Shown here piece by piece: positions 1 through 10,300 of a DNA stretch of 64,000 nt. How positions within the stretch are numbered: the first letter of the stretch is position 1; every line of letters begins with the position of its first letter. This DNA comes from Terriglobia bacterium (GTDB lineage: Bacteria > Acidobacteriota > Terriglobia > Bryobacterales > Bryobacteraceae), in contig CAVTXN010000032.1 of the NCBI GenBank assembly GCA_963738555.1, positions 25,270-89,269 of the forward strand. Direction: 5' to 3'. Both the position numbers and the translations under genes were made by a program. Below the pieces are notes generated by a model. That model worked only from the letters and a program-made list of their open reading frames with translations, made no database searches and was not told the origin of the DNA.

Positions 1-2157
1 TCCGATCTCGCGCGTCTGATGCGATACCAGAAACGACATCACTCCGTACAAACCCACTGCCGCCAGCAACAATCCGAAAGAAGCGAATAGCCCAATCAGG
101 ACCGTGACGAAGCGCGGCCGCGCACTCAGCTCGCTGATGCGCTGCGGCATCGATTGAATGCTGACGGGCAGTGCCGGATCGAGAGTGGCTAGTTGGCGGC
201 GAATCATGCGTGCCAGATTTTCCGCCGGCAGCGAAGTCCGGAAGATCGCGACTGCGGAGTGCCCCAGTTGAGTGGAATTCCAGGTGCGCACGCGATAATA
301 TTCAGGCTCGGCCGCTTCTGCGAGTCCGCTGTTCTTTACATCCGCTGCCACGCCCACGATCGGCGACCAGACGGTCTGCGCTCCGTTGTAGCCTTGCAAC
401 GCAATCTCCTGGCCTACCGCATTCTCGTTCCCGAAGATCTTTCGCGCCAGACTTGCGCTCAGGATCACCGTATCCCGGCCGGCCGCACGATCGGCTTCAT
501 TGAATGCGCGCCCCGCAATGATGCGTATGCCGAGCGCACGAAAATACGCCGGAGTCACATAGCGGAATGCCACCATTCCGCCTTGCTCGGGCAGCGGAGG
601 ATGGCCGGCAACTCTCATATTCGAGTACGGGCGTCCGTGCATGCCACCCGCAGGCGGCATTGAATCGCTCAGCGCGAAAACGTTGACTCCCGGTATACTG
701 CCGAGTCGCGCTTCCAATTGGCGATAAAACGCGTCTTGCGCAGCGGGTTGCTGGTATCTGTGCGAGCCGAGTACGAGCGATGCCGTGACCACATGCTCGG
801 GCGCCATCCCAAGCGGCTGTGCCTCGAGTCTCGATAAACTGCGCGCAAACAGAGATGCGCCTGTCAGCAGGATGAGCGAGATTGCAATCTGAATGGCAAC
901 CAGGAGATGACGGAAGAGGCCCCTGTCCGAACCGGCAGCGTGCCAGCCGGCCAGCACTTCCGCGCGCGGCCGCTGCAGGGCGGGAGCTAGTCCGAAGAGC
1001 ACCGCGCAGGTGAGCGAGACGGCGACAGTAAAAAGCAACACGCGCAGATCCATCCCCGCTTGATTCAGCCGCTCGATCCCGTTCGGCGAGATCTTCCCCA
1101 GCATTCGTACCGAGCCCCAGGCCAGCATCAAGCCTGCCAAACCGCCTGCCAGACCGAGCAACAAACTTTCAATCAGAGACTGCTGCACCAAACGACGGCG
1201 TCCCGCGCCCAGAGCCGCGCGCATGGCCATCTCGCGACGCCTTCCGTTCGCCCTGACCAGCACCAGATTCGCGGCATTACCGCACGCGATCAGCAGCAAC
1301 GCCAGCACAGTTCCAAGTAGCAGCCAGGACGCCAATTTCACTTGATGAATCTGCCGGTCGCGCAAGGACCTGATCATCAGGTGAACCTCGCCCCGTAACA
1401 TTGGCGGAACATCGGCCAGGCTTGCCCGAAACAACGGCTGCAACTCCTCGCGTGCCTCTTCGAGCGACACTCCACTCTTAAGCCGCGCGAAACAGCGCAA
1501 GAATGAGCCCGTCTCGGCGTGCCGCTGCTGTGTCTCATCGAGTTGCTCAGGAAGCAAAACCTCCGCTTCGCCGAGCTGCGGCATCTCGAACGAGTTCGGC
1601 AGAACGCCAATAATGCGTGTCTGCTGATCGTCGAGCAGGAAAGTCCGCCCGATCGCATTCGGATTACCGCCAAAACGCGCCCTCCACAGAGAGTAAGAAA
1701 TCAGCGCTACGCGCGGCCCGTGTGGAAGGTCATCCTCGCGCGTAAAATCATGGCCGAGCAGCGGAGAGATGCCCAACGTCCGCAGAAAGTTCCCCTCGAC
1801 CGCGATGCAATGGATACGAACCGGATTCTGCTCCCCGAGATCGCACTGCTCCGCGGGCAGCATCGACGTCAGGGACTCAAAAGGCCTCTGCCGCTGCCGC
1901 CAGTCCACGTAAGACCGGCCGATCATGAACTCGTTGGTATCGATAGGCCCGGTGATGCCAACCGAAACCAGCCGGCTCGCCTGCGGATAAGGCAGACTGC
2001 GGAATAAGAGCCGGTCGACCACGCTGAACACTGCTGTACAAGCGCCGATTCCTACCGCAAGCGTACCGATCGTCAGAAGTGCAAATAGCTTGGCCCGGCT
2101 CAATGAGCGCAGCGCGAAACGCAAATCCTGTACCATGCTTTGCCATTCATTTTGCAT
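1..2157 (-). CDS. ADOP-family (MacB/FtsX-like duplicated) ABC-type permease; C-terminus cut by the window edge
   Basis: Missing from the ORF track because it runs off position 1. I translated the minus strand by hand. It is open from the ATG at 2157 (alternative ATG at 2136) to base 1. The product reads MQNEWQSMVQDLRFALRSLSRAKLFALLTIGTLAVGIGACTAVFSVVDRLLFRSLPYP...LYGVMSFLVSHQTREIG. This parallels the 822-aa paralogue at 5592-8060 (N-terminal TM helix, MacB-like periplasmic region, FtsX block). Confidence 0.8.
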   Translation of the reverse strand, partial: MQNEWQSMVQDLRFALRSLSRAKLFALLTIGTLAVGIGACTAVFSVVDRLLFRSLPYPQASRLVSVGITGPIDTNEFMIGRSYVDWRQRQRPFESLTSMLPAEQCDLGEQNPVRIHCIAVEGNFLRTLGISPLLGHDFTREDDLPHGPRVALISYSLWRARFGGNPNAIGRTFLLDDQQTRIIGVLPNSFEMPQLGEAEVLLPEQLDETQQRHAETGSFLRCFARLKSGVSLEEAREELQPLFRASLADVPPMLRGEVHLMIRSLRDRQIHQVKLASWLLLGTVLALLLIACGNAANLVLVRANGRRREMAMRAALGAGRRRLVQQSLIESLLLGLAGGLAGLMLAWGSVRMLGKISPNGIERLNQAGMDLRVLLFTVAVSLTCAVLFGLAPALQRPRAEVLAGWHAAGSDRGLFRHLLVAIQIAISLILLTGASLFARSLSRLEAQPLGMAPEHVVTASLVLGSHRYQQPAAQDAFYRQLEARLGSIPGVNVFALSDSMPPAGGMHGRPYSNMRVAGHPPLPEQGGMVAFRYVTPAYFRALGIRIIAGRAFNEADRAAGRDTVILSASLARKIFGNENAVGQEIALQGYNGAQTVWSPIVGVAADVKNSGLAEAAEPEYYRVRTWNSTQLGHSAVAIFRTSLPAENLARMIRRQLATLDPALPVSIQSMPQRISELSARPRFVTVLIGLFASFGLLLAAVGLYGVMSFLVSHQTREIG

Positions 2158-2212
2158 AGCTGGCAGCAGTATACTACATAGCTAGTGAAGGCCTGCCCTT
2201 TCGCTCCCCCGA

Positions 2213-3448
2213 TTATGCTTTAATCGCTTCGGCTTTCGCCTGATTCCACTTCATATAGGTGCGTTTTCTATACGATTCAACTGCCATTTCACAGACCACC
2301 ACCCCGTAAAGGCCGAGCATGCAATCGCAGTTCAGCGGTGCGTTTTTCCGAATCGCTTCCTGCAGATTCCGATGGTGTAGCGTAACGTCCTCGGCGCCTT
2401 TCTTCTCGTAGGTGACAGGCTGCATCTCCTTTTCGTAGTCTTTTTGCGGAGTGATCGTAAAACCTGTGTCCGTAAAGCACAATGTCGCTTTATGGCCGCG
2501 GATCAGATGGTCCACTTTGGTGTCGTTAGCCATCGATGAGATCAGCTGTACGGTTGGCCCGCCCGGATAATCTGCCAGTACATTAAACGTATCCGGGATT
2601 TCCGCAACGCTTTCCGTGAACTCGAACTTGCCGCCTGTTGCGGCCACATAGTCCGGGAAAGTGAGATTCATGGCTCGGATGAGCCGCGTCACGCGATGAA
2701 TAAACAGGTCAGTCGCGATGCCGCCCGAGTAGTCCCAATAACGGCGCCAGCGGAAATAACGCTCCGGGTCCCACTCGCGTTTCGGCGCTGGACCGAGCCA
2801 TGCCTTCCAATCGAGATTCACGCCCGGCTTCGCATCTGGATCGATGGGATAATCATCACCCGCCCAAAAATCGCCCTGATAGTTCCGCGAGTAATCGATC
2901 TGTGCCAGGACGATTTTCCCCAGTTCCCCGGCCTTGATATGTTCGTTCGCGACCGCGTACGATTCATCCGACATACCCTGCACCCCGACTTGCAGCTTCA
3001 GCCCGGTTGACTTGACCTTCTCGACCAGCTTGTGGGCCTGCTGAATCGTGTGCGTCATCGGCTTCTCGACGTAAACATGCTTGCCCGCATCAAGTGCGTC
3101 CATCGCCATGTTGTAATGCCAGTGCTCGGGAACGGCGATCAAGACCCAATCGACATCTTTGTTGTCGAGAACATCGCGATATTCCTTCACCGGCTTGCCG
3201 CCTGTGAGCTGCGCTGCCTTGTCCAGACGCTTTTGATAAATGTCGCAAACGTTGACAATCTCCAGATTGTCGATATCGCGCGCTTCTACCAGGCTGTGCA
3301 TGTGCTCGGTCGCCATGCCACCTGCGCCGATGACAGCCATGCGCAGCCGTTCGTTAGCGCCAATAATCCGCGAGTAACCACGCGCTGTGAGAAGAGATGC
3401 AGCACCAACAGCGCCGACGAACTCTCGGCGCGACACAGAAGGGATCAT
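2213..3448 (-). CDS. Gfo/Idh/MocA-family NAD(P)-dependent oxidoreductase with Tat signal
   Basis: The N-terminus SRREFVGAVGAASLLTA is a twin-arginine signal. It is followed by the Rossmann motif MAVIGAGGMATEHM and an EKP motif (YVEKPMTH), which is typical of the family. Confidence 0.85.
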   Translation of the reverse strand: MIPSVSRREFVGAVGAASLLTARGYSRIIGANERLRMAVIGAGGMATEHMHSLVEARDIDNLEIVNVCDIYQKRLDKAAQLTGGKPVKEYRDVLDNKDVDWVLIAVPEHWHYNMAMDALDAGKHVYVEKPMTHTIQQAHKLVEKVKSTGLKLQVGVQGMSDESYAVANEHIKAGELGKIVLAQIDYSRNYQGDFWAGDDYPIDPDAKPGVNLDWKAWLGPAPKREWDPERYFRWRRYWDYSGGIATDLFIHRVTRLIRAMNLTFPDYVAATGGKFEFTESVAEIPDTFNVLADYPGGPTVQLISSMANDTKVDHLIRGHKATLCFTDTGFTITPQKDYEKEMQPVTYEKKGAEDVTLHHRNLQEAIRKNAPLNCDCMLGLYGVVVCEMAVESYRKRTYMKWNQAKAEAIKA

Positions 3449-3516
3449 GGACAGATTATAGGGGGCGATGTCTAGGCACGAACCGTCAGTCGGCGGTCCC
3501 TGGTAATAATCATGGG

Positions 3517-3783
3517 CTACAAGCGGCGGCTGGAGTGCAGGATGGCATCAATGACAACGACATCTTCACGGATTCGGTAGACGACAATGAACGGCGGCAA
3601 GACAAGTTCCCGCGTGCCACTGCGCCGGCCCTCGCGGCCTATCCGAGGAAATTGTTCCAGGCGATCAACCGCTTTCAGAAGTTCCTCTACGGTCGCTCGT
3701 GCTGCTTTCTCGTTGTCCTGGGCGAGGTAATCGTAGACCGCCGTCAGATTGTCCGCTGCAATGGGCGTCCAGCGGACCGTCAC
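3517..3783 (-). CDS. ParE/RelE-family type II toxin
   Basis: 88 aa with a ParE-like pattern (W.P.A..DL..I..Y......A........L...FP..G). It overlaps the upstream RHH gene by 4 nt. Confidence 0.75.
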   Translation of the reverse strand: MTVRWTPIAADNLTAVYDYLAQDNEKAARATVEELLKAVDRLEQFPRIGREGRRSGTRELVLPPFIVVYRIREDVVVIDAILHSSRRL

Positions 3784-4049
3784 TTCGCCTTAGCTGCTTT
3801 CTTACGCGATTCGGCGATGTGTTTGTCGAGCCTGGCGCGAACTTCCCGGATTGAGTAAGTGCGGCCGCCAGCTTCGGTGTGGCGAATGCTTTTCTCGATC
3901 TGCTCAATTTGCCAGCGATGGAGTTCCAGATAGTTCTCGATGGCTTCATTGATCAGCCAGTTGCGATTCCGGTCAACCGATTTGGCGATCTGATCCAGCG
4001 CGTTACGAGTGGTTTCGGCAGTACGAAAGCTGAGGCTCACAGTAGGCAT
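3780..4049 (-). CDS. Ribbon-helix-helix (CopG/ParD-like) antitoxin
   Basis: 89 aa with an N-terminal beta-strand plus two helices (VSLSFRTAETTRNALDQIAKSVDRNRNWLINEAIENYLE). It is translationally coupled to the toxin at 3517-3783. Confidence 0.7.
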   Translation of the reverse strand: MPTVSLSFRTAETTRNALDQIAKSVDRNRNWLINEAIENYLELHRWQIEQIEKSIRHTEAGGRTYSIREVRARLDKHIAESRKKAAKAK

Positions 4050-4113
4050 GAATACGTTGTATCACAATGTATTTATGACGCAAAGCCACTGAACGGAAGC
4101 TACTGAACGATCC

Positions 4114-5259
4114 TCACGCCGCCCGATCGCGTACTTCTATCACCGTGATGTCATCGGCTTGTTGGCCGCGCGCCACTGCAGCCGCAACCAGTTCGCCGGC
4201 AAACGTCGGCTTCCCCTTGCGATCGAGTGTTCGAATTGCCTCGACCGCCCAGTCTTCTTCGTCACTCCCATCGATTCCCGCTTCCGACAGGCCATCTGAA
4301 AACAAAACCAGCTTGCTTCCCCGTTCGAAGTGAACTGTTTGCTCTTTGAAATCGCACTTTTCAAATGCGCCCAGCACCATCGAGCTCGGTTCCAGTAAAT
4401 CCAGACTGCCGTCCTCGCGCAGCAGAACTGCCGAGGGATGTCCGCAATTCACATATCGCAGGCTGCGGTCCCTCGCGTCGTAAGCTCCGAAAAACAGCGT
4501 CGCGAAATGCTCAGGGCGGGTTGCTTGGAAAAATTGCTGATTCACGCGCGAAAAAAGTTTTGAGAGATCGCCGCCCAGATCCAGTTGGCTACGGATCGTC
4601 GCCTGCAGCGCGGCCACCAGCAAGGCCGCCCCCAGACCCTTGCCGCAAACATCTCCCAGCAGGAAGGCCGCTCTTTCGGAATCGATCTGGAAAAAGTCAT
4701 ACAGGTCTCCGCCCACGTCCCCAACCGGCAGAAATACGCAATCGAATTCCAATCCAGCCGCCGTGAACTGTTGCGGCGGAAGCAGCTTTCTCTGGATCCG
4801 TCGGGCGATCGCAATCTCGGAAGCATGTCCGGCATCGCTCGCCGTCTTTTGAGGCGCCGCCCCCAGGTGCTTCTCGAACATCTCCAGCACCGTGCGCACA
4901 TCCCAAGGTTTCGTAATGAAATCGCGAGCTCCGTGCTGCATCGCCTGTACAGCGAGTTCGATCGTGCTCCACCCTGTCATGGCGATGATTGGAACATCGC
5001 GCCGCAGCGTTTTTAAGCGATCCAGCAAAGCGAGCCCTTCCTGGCCGGACGTCGTATCGGACGTGTAATTCATATCGATGACGATCAGGTCAGGGTCGCA
5101 AGCGGCTGCGGTGGCGACGGCGTCATCAGGCGAATCGGCCATCTTGATGGAATATCCGCCGCTCTTCAGCATGAGCCTTAGCGCTTCGCGCACATCGGCC
5201 TGGTCGTCGACAACCAGTACAGTACGAAGATCGCTTCTGATTGTTTCCGTCGCTCGCAT
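4114..5259 (-). CDS. Response regulator receiver fused to a PP2C/SpoIIE (RsbU-like) serine phosphatase
   Basis: REC motifs are present (VLVVDDQ, DLIVIDMNY, ITKPW). The C-terminal PP2C motifs are GDVGGDLYDF, LLGDVCGKGLGAA, FSDGL and DDITVIEV. Confidence 0.85.
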   Translation of the reverse strand: MRATETIRSDLRTVLVVDDQADVREALRLMLKSGGYSIKMADSPDDAVATAAACDPDLIVIDMNYTSDTTSGQEGLALLDRLKTLRRDVPIIAMTGWSTIELAVQAMQHGARDFITKPWDVRTVLEMFEKHLGAAPQKTASDAGHASEIAIARRIQRKLLPPQQFTAAGLEFDCVFLPVGDVGGDLYDFFQIDSERAAFLLGDVCGKGLGAALLVAALQATIRSQLDLGGDLSKLFSRVNQQFFQATRPEHFATLFFGAYDARDRSLRYVNCGHPSAVLLREDGSLDLLEPSSMVLGAFEKCDFKEQTVHFERGSKLVLFSDGLSEAGIDGSDEEDWAVEAIRTLDRKGKPTFAGELVAAAVARGQQADDITVIEVRDRAA

Positions 5260-5591
5260 GTTAGTAACTTTGCTGTGTTAATGCAAACCGATGGCCACAC
5301 TTATCTCATAAGAGACGCCTATCAATTCAATGCTTTAACTGAGTGGCCGCCTTAGCGGAGTGTTCGGTTATGAACACCCCATTTGGCATTCTGCCACACC
5401 GGCTGTTGACCTATATAGGGCTTATGTGCGGAGCAACTCGGTCAGCATATCGCCGCGCCGACTTATAAAGATATTTTTGGAAATTCGTCTTCGAGTCACT
5501 CATGGCGAACGGCGACCATAGGGTCTGTTTTAGAGGCTTTCCGTGCGGGTAGGTAGCCTGCCACTCCATGACATTGTTACGACACAAACCG

Positions 5592-8060
5592 CTACTCGAC
5601 TCGCAGGGCCACTGCTGGATCGATGCCGGCTGCGCGGCGAGAAGGCAAATAGCTGGCCAGCGCGGCGGCGGCTAAAAGTCCGAGTGCGACGCTGAAGTAG
5701 GTAAGCGGATCCATGGCGCTTACCCCGAATAAGAGCGATGACATGAGGCGCGTGAGCGCAAAGGCAGCCACGAGTCCAATAACCACGCCGATGCCCGTGA
5801 GGCGGACGCCGTGACCAACGAACATGGCCGTCATCTGCTGCCGCTCCGCGCCGAGCGCCATGCGAATGCCGATCTCCCGGGTTCGCTGCGCCACCGAATA
5901 GGCAATGACACCGTAAATTCCGATAACACCGAGCAACAAGGCCATAGCCGCAGCAATTGCGAGCATGACGAGCGTGAACGATGTTCTGGCCATGGACTTT
6001 CTATAAATTTGCTCCAGCGTGCGAACGTTGGCGACCGGAACCTTCGGGTTAACGGACCAAATTGCCCGCCGAATTTCACTTAGAAAATTTTCCGATCCGG
6101 CACGTCCGCTGCGCACAACAAACGAGATATCGCGGCGGATCAGCACTTTCTCACCCCAGAAATCATTCAATAAAGGAGGCCAATACACTGCTGTGGATAC
6201 TTTCTCGTTCAGCCCCTTATCGTGCACATCCCCGACAACACCGACAATCTCTCGCCATGAATCCTTCATGCCCTCACGGATTTGTTTGTGAAGTGCGTGA
6301 GCGGGATCTCCCCAGTACTCGCGCGCTAGACTCTCCGAAACGAGAGCGATCGGCGCTCTTTGATAAACATCCGTCCAGGTAAAATCCCTGCCGGCAATGA
6401 GCGGAGTACCCATTGTTTTGTGCAGCCCGGGTGAAATGAAAACATAGCGGCGTATGGGCGGAAGATCCCCTTCGCGGTACACCCGATCACGCGCGAATAA
6501 GACATCATGACTCCCCTCGTCGGTCATGGTAACTGAACTGGTAAAGGCAGCTGAGCGAACCCCGGGTATTTGCTGGATTTTCTCGAGCATGTCATTCTGC
6601 ATGCGGAGGACTTTTTCCGGCTCGCGCACTTGTGGCTCAGGGATAGAGACATCGAGTATCTGCAGTTCGGAAGGCGTAGTGAAACCAGGCTGCACGTTGT
6701 TTAACGCGGCGAACGTGCGAATCATCAGGCCCGAGCTGATGAGGAGCATAAGAGCCAGTGCAACCTGAACGATGACCAGCGTGTTGCGTGCCCGATGCCG
6801 TTCGCGGCTTTGGCTGAGGGTGCGGCCGCCTTCCCGCAGACCCGTTCCCACGCTGGCGCGCGCATACTTTAGAACCGGAACTGAGCCGAACAGCAGCCCT
6901 GTTATGAGCGAGCTGCAGAGGGCAAAGAGCAGCACAGGCAGATCAATACCAATTTCATTGAGGCGGGGAATCCCCGAAGGCGCGACGGTCCGTAGGATTC
7001 GCAAAGCAACAAAAGCGAGCGTCAGCCCTAGCAGGCCACCGACGAGCGCGAGCGTGACGCTTTCGGCAAGAAGATCCGACGCCAGGCGCCAGCGGCTCGC
7101 ACCGAGCGCGGAGCGAACGAGGAATTCAAGGTGCCGCGATTCCGCTCTCACGAGAAGAAGATTTGCTACGTTAGCGCAGGCAATCAGCAAGACGACGCCT
7201 ATGGTTCCCATGAGCACCCAAAGAACCTTACCGATATCGCCGGTTAGATCTCGCTTAAAGGGACGAAGCGCCGGCGCAATGCGTGCGCTCTCGAAAAGTT
7301 TCACGCTAAATCCCGGAGGCGGTGCGAACTTCCGGTTGACAATGGGGAGCATCCGGGCGACATCGGCATTCGCTTGTGACAGCGTGACCCCGGGCTTCAG
7401 ACGTCCAACGCCGTTGTAGCTGAAGTTACCGAGAAACACCTTGCCGCGGTCGAATTGGAAGGGCACGAATATTTCGGCGTCGAAATCGAGGAAACGAAAG
7501 TTTCGCTGCATCACGCCGATCACTTCGCGCGCTTTTCCGTCGATCGTCAGCCTTCGTCCAAGCACGGCCGGGTCTCCGCTAAAGCGTCGCTGCCAATAGC
7601 CGTACGACAGTATCACCGTTTCAGGACTGCCTGGCGAATCATCCTTCCGCGAAAAAGAGCGACCCAGCATGGGCGGCACGCCAAGCACCGGAATAACACC
7701 ATCAGTAAAATCAAGCGCTTTCACCCGTTCCGGTTCTGCAAGACCCGTCACGCTAACGCTGTCGCCGGTGTAGATGCCGATGTCCTCGAAACTCCGGTTT
7801 TCTTCGCGGTAGGTGAAGTACATCGAGGGGGACAGTTCCAGCTCGGGTATGTTGATACCGAGGGCAGTGTGATTCAGGCCGATTAACCGGTCCGGATGCG
7901 GATACGGCAGCGGCTTCAGCAGGACACCTTCGACAACACTGAAGATGGCTGTGTTCGCACCAATGCCCAGGGCAAGTGTAAGAATGGCTACTGATGTGAA
8001 CAGCGGCGCCCGCAATAGCCTGCGCAGGCCGTACTTGATTTGACCGGTGAACAAGTTCAA
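5592..8060 (-). CDS. ADOP-family duplicated MacB/FtsX-like permease
   Basis: 822 aa with two FtsX-type 4-TM blocks separated by periplasmic domains. TTG start preceded by AAGGAG. Confidence 0.85.
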   Translation of the reverse strand: MNLFTGQIKYGLRRLLRAPLFTSVAILTLALGIGANTAIFSVVEGVLLKPLPYPHPDRLIGLNHTALGINIPELELSPSMYFTYREENRSFEDIGIYTGDSVSVTGLAEPERVKALDFTDGVIPVLGVPPMLGRSFSRKDDSPGSPETVILSYGYWQRRFSGDPAVLGRRLTIDGKAREVIGVMQRNFRFLDFDAEIFVPFQFDRGKVFLGNFSYNGVGRLKPGVTLSQANADVARMLPIVNRKFAPPPGFSVKLFESARIAPALRPFKRDLTGDIGKVLWVLMGTIGVVLLIACANVANLLLVRAESRHLEFLVRSALGASRWRLASDLLAESVTLALVGGLLGLTLAFVALRILRTVAPSGIPRLNEIGIDLPVLLFALCSSLITGLLFGSVPVLKYARASVGTGLREGGRTLSQSRERHRARNTLVIVQVALALMLLISSGLMIRTFAALNNVQPGFTTPSELQILDVSIPEPQVREPEKVLRMQNDMLEKIQQIPGVRSAAFTSSVTMTDEGSHDVLFARDRVYREGDLPPIRRYVFISPGLHKTMGTPLIAGRDFTWTDVYQRAPIALVSESLAREYWGDPAHALHKQIREGMKDSWREIVGVVGDVHDKGLNEKVSTAVYWPPLLNDFWGEKVLIRRDISFVVRSGRAGSENFLSEIRRAIWSVNPKVPVANVRTLEQIYRKSMARTSFTLVMLAIAAAMALLLGVIGIYGVIAYSVAQRTREIGIRMALGAERQQMTAMFVGHGVRLTGIGVVIGLVAAFALTRLMSSLLFGVSAMDPLTYFSVALGLLAAAALASYLPSRRAAGIDPAVALRVE

Positions 8061-8172
8061 AGTGACTCCTTGTGGGCGCGATGAGTGCTGTAACTGAATA
8101 CGAGCCAGCTTTTGGAATAAGTTCAGTTTTTCGGAACTTGACCTCGACGTTGATTGGCCCTAGATGAGTTGG

Positions 8173-9657
8173 TTATTGGCCCAATTTGAGGATTTCGATT
8201 GCGCCGTTGTTATCCGTCAATCGCATCTCGCATCGGCCGCTTCCCAACGTGCCATTCACCTCGTCATTGGAAAGAGCGCCGGAAACACTGAGCGGGAACT
8301 CGGAACTGATCTTGCCAAATGACGTTCTCGCTGCAACGCGATAACTGGCATCCGCCGGCAGGTGTACGCGCAATGTCGAGAACGACGTCCGCAGGGATAT
8401 CGGCTGGCAGCTTCCGCGCAGTACGCTGGTGGCATCAATCGCGCCATTCTGATTTTCTACTTGAATCGGACCCGATATGCCGTCGAGCGAGACCGATCCG
8501 AAACTGGTTCTGATCTGAGCGCCCTTCGCGTTGCTGGCCTTAACGCTGCCATTTGAGTTCTCGACAGTTAAAAGCCCGCCGATATCGGTTGCCTGGACCA
8601 TGCCAAAACTGGTTTTCAAGTTCGCGGCGCCGCCAATTTTTTGCACAGTCACGCTTCCGTTGCCCGATTCGACGCGGAGATCGTGCCGTACGTCGCTAAC
8701 TTGCGTCGCTCCGAACGAATTCACAATCGTAAGCGTGCCGCCCACTCCATTACCGGATACCCGCGAATTATTACTCCTGATCGAGAGTTCATGACCGACA
8801 TTCGCAAATTGAACCTGCGCGAAGGTCGTTCTCAGATTCGCCGAACCATTCACATTCTCGGCCAAAACCTTACCGTTCGTGTTATTTACCGTCAGGTCGC
8901 CTCGAAAGTCTCTAACATTGACATCGCCGAAAGAGTTTCTGACGTCTCCGATGCCCCCGCAATCGCTCACCTGAACCGCCCCATTACTGTTTGAGATACT
9001 CACGCCATTTGAAACTCGCGCAACATTCAAGCCCGCAAAACGGTCGCGCACCACAAGAGCGCCCTTGACGTCGCTGGCCTCGACAGCCCCATTACTCGTT
9101 TCCACCGTCACATCTCCCACATTATTCGCTACCTCAACTTTGGCGAAAGAATTTTCCAGGCGCTGTGTGCCGCGGCCATCGTGAAAAGTAAGCTCGCCAT
9201 GCGAGTTAGTGATATCCGAGTTCGCTTTCACCCCGCTAACAGACACCACGCCGAATGCATTGCGCACGGAAAGAGGTGAATTCTCCGGAACGGTTAACTC
9301 GTAATGCACGCAATAGGAGATGTTCGACCAGTGCATGCCGAGCATCGATTTCTGCATCTCGGGATAGCGCGTTCGGATAGAAAGTTCGGAACCGGGCTCC
9401 ACCAGAATCTGCACCTTGTCTGCATATTCTTTGGCTTGATTCGAATCGGATGCGGAAACCCGGATATCCGCATGGATGGCTACTTCCTGCTGGGCGTGAG
9501 TACGAATGATGATATCGCCGAACTTATTCTCAACCATCAGCTGTTCGCCGCTCCGCGTAGGTACAGTTTGATCGAAGTGGCGGGTATACTCATCGCGCGC
9601 GAGCGCGCTCGTGGTCAGCGTGAGCCCGATGATGAAGACACTAATTTTTCCGGTCAC
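8173..9657 (-). CDS. DUF4097-type beta-strand repeat protein (putative adhesin-like), secreted or membrane-anchored
   Basis: Many degenerate repeats of the form N.NG.V......G.L.. The likely start is GTG 9657 (AGGAG 10 nt upstream), which gives the signal-like N-terminus TGKISVFIIGLTLTTSALA. The longer ORF-track start at 9747 would lie inside the upstream gene. Confidence 0.65.
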   Translation of the reverse strand: MTGKISVFIIGLTLTTSALARDEYTRHFDQTVPTRSGEQLMVENKFGDIIIRTHAQQEVAIHADIRVSASDSNQAKEYADKVQILVEPGSELSIRTRYPEMQKSMLGMHWSNISYCVHYELTVPENSPLSVRNAFGVVSVSGVKANSDITNSHGELTFHDGRGTQRLENSFAKVEVANNVGDVTVETSNGAVEASDVKGALVVRDRFAGLNVARVSNGVSISNSNGAVQVSDCGGIGDVRNSFGDVNVRDFRGDLTVNNTNGKVLAENVNGSANLRTTFAQVQFANVGHELSIRSNNSRVSGNGVGGTLTIVNSFGATQVSDVRHDLRVESGNGSVTVQKIGGAANLKTSFGMVQATDIGGLLTVENSNGSVKASNAKGAQIRTSFGSVSLDGISGPIQVENQNGAIDATSVLRGSCQPISLRTSFSTLRVHLPADASYRVAARTSFGKISSEFPLSVSGALSNDEVNGTLGSGRCEMRLTDNNGAIEILKLGQ

Positions 9658-10300
9658 GTGCAAGTAGCTCCTGTAAAGTCTGCTGCTTCTCCCGATACAA
9701 GTCCGCCAGCGCGGTCTGTAAATGAATATTGAAGCGATTAGAAGCAATATTCGCCCTGGTATCCGCTATCGCCGAATCGATAAGCATTAATTTTTCCCTT
9801 GCATTGACCACGCTTGGCGAAGCGGCGGTCTCCAGCTTGGGCTGAGCAATCCGCGAAAGCTTTTCTATCGATTGGCGATAAGCGGCTTCGTTCTTTTCCA
9901 CCTCGCGCAGTGCCTGGTCAGTAAGAAAGTCTTGATCTGCTGGACCCGTGTTTGCCGCACTCTGAGCAGTACTCGGCCCCTGCGGTTGCTGTATCGCTCT
10001 GTGCCAAAAGCGCAGCGGAAGAAGAACCGCCAGCGCGAGGACTGCCGCAAGAGCCCAGATCTTCGATTCTTTCCACCAGGGCCGTGACGGTTTCGGCTCA
10101 GCCTCGATCGCGCGCCGGATTTTCGGCCACAGATCCGCGCTCTCCCATTCTTCGTGCAGCTCGCGCGCGCTGCTCGATATTTCGGCCCATAGCCGGTATT
10201 CGCGCCTGCAGTCCGCGCAACTCTTCAAGTGCTCGCGCGCCTCCGGCATCAGATCTGAAACAGCCAGTGCGCGCTCGAGATCGCCGCATTCGAACTTCAT
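9641..10300 (-). CDS. Anti-sigma factor (zf-HC2 type), single TM helix
   Basis: Starting at the internal ATG 10300 gives MKFECGD...H-x3-C-x2-C (EHLKSCADC), then the TM helix IWALAAVLALAVLLPL. This ATG overlaps the sigma-factor stop in an ATGA arrangement. Confidence 0.7.
   Translation of the reverse strand: MKFECGDLERALAVSDLMPEAREHLKSCADCRREYRLWAEISSSARELHEEWESADLWPKIRRAIEAEPKPSRPWWKESKIWALAAVLALAVLLPLRFWHRAIQQPQGPSTAQSAANTGPADQDFLTDQALREVEKNEAAYRQSIEKLSRIAQPKLETAASPSVVNAREKLMLIDSAIADTRANIASNRFNIHLQTALADLYREKQQTLQELLARDRKN

Noticed and set aside
171-2146. Several 86-162-aa ORFs listed at the left edge
   Set aside because: The whole region is one continuous minus-strand ORF (1-2157) encoding an ADOP permease paralogue. 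The listed ORFs are alternative-frame artefacts.
5330-5350. TGGCAG...GCC sequence resembling a sigma-54 -24/-12 promoter upstream of the response-regulator gene
   Set aside because: The GG-to-GC spacing does not match the TGGCAC-N5-TTGC consensus.
5411-5569. 52-aa minus-strand ORF (MEWQATYPHGKPLKQTLWSPFAMSDSKTNFQKYLYKSARRYADRVAPHISPI) in the 332-bp AT-richer spacer
   Set aside because: No SD and no recognisable family. I cannot separate it from chance without conservation data.
6772-7419. 215-aa Arg/Ser-rich plus-strand ORF
   Set aside because: It is antisense to the 822-aa ADOP permease and has no motif.
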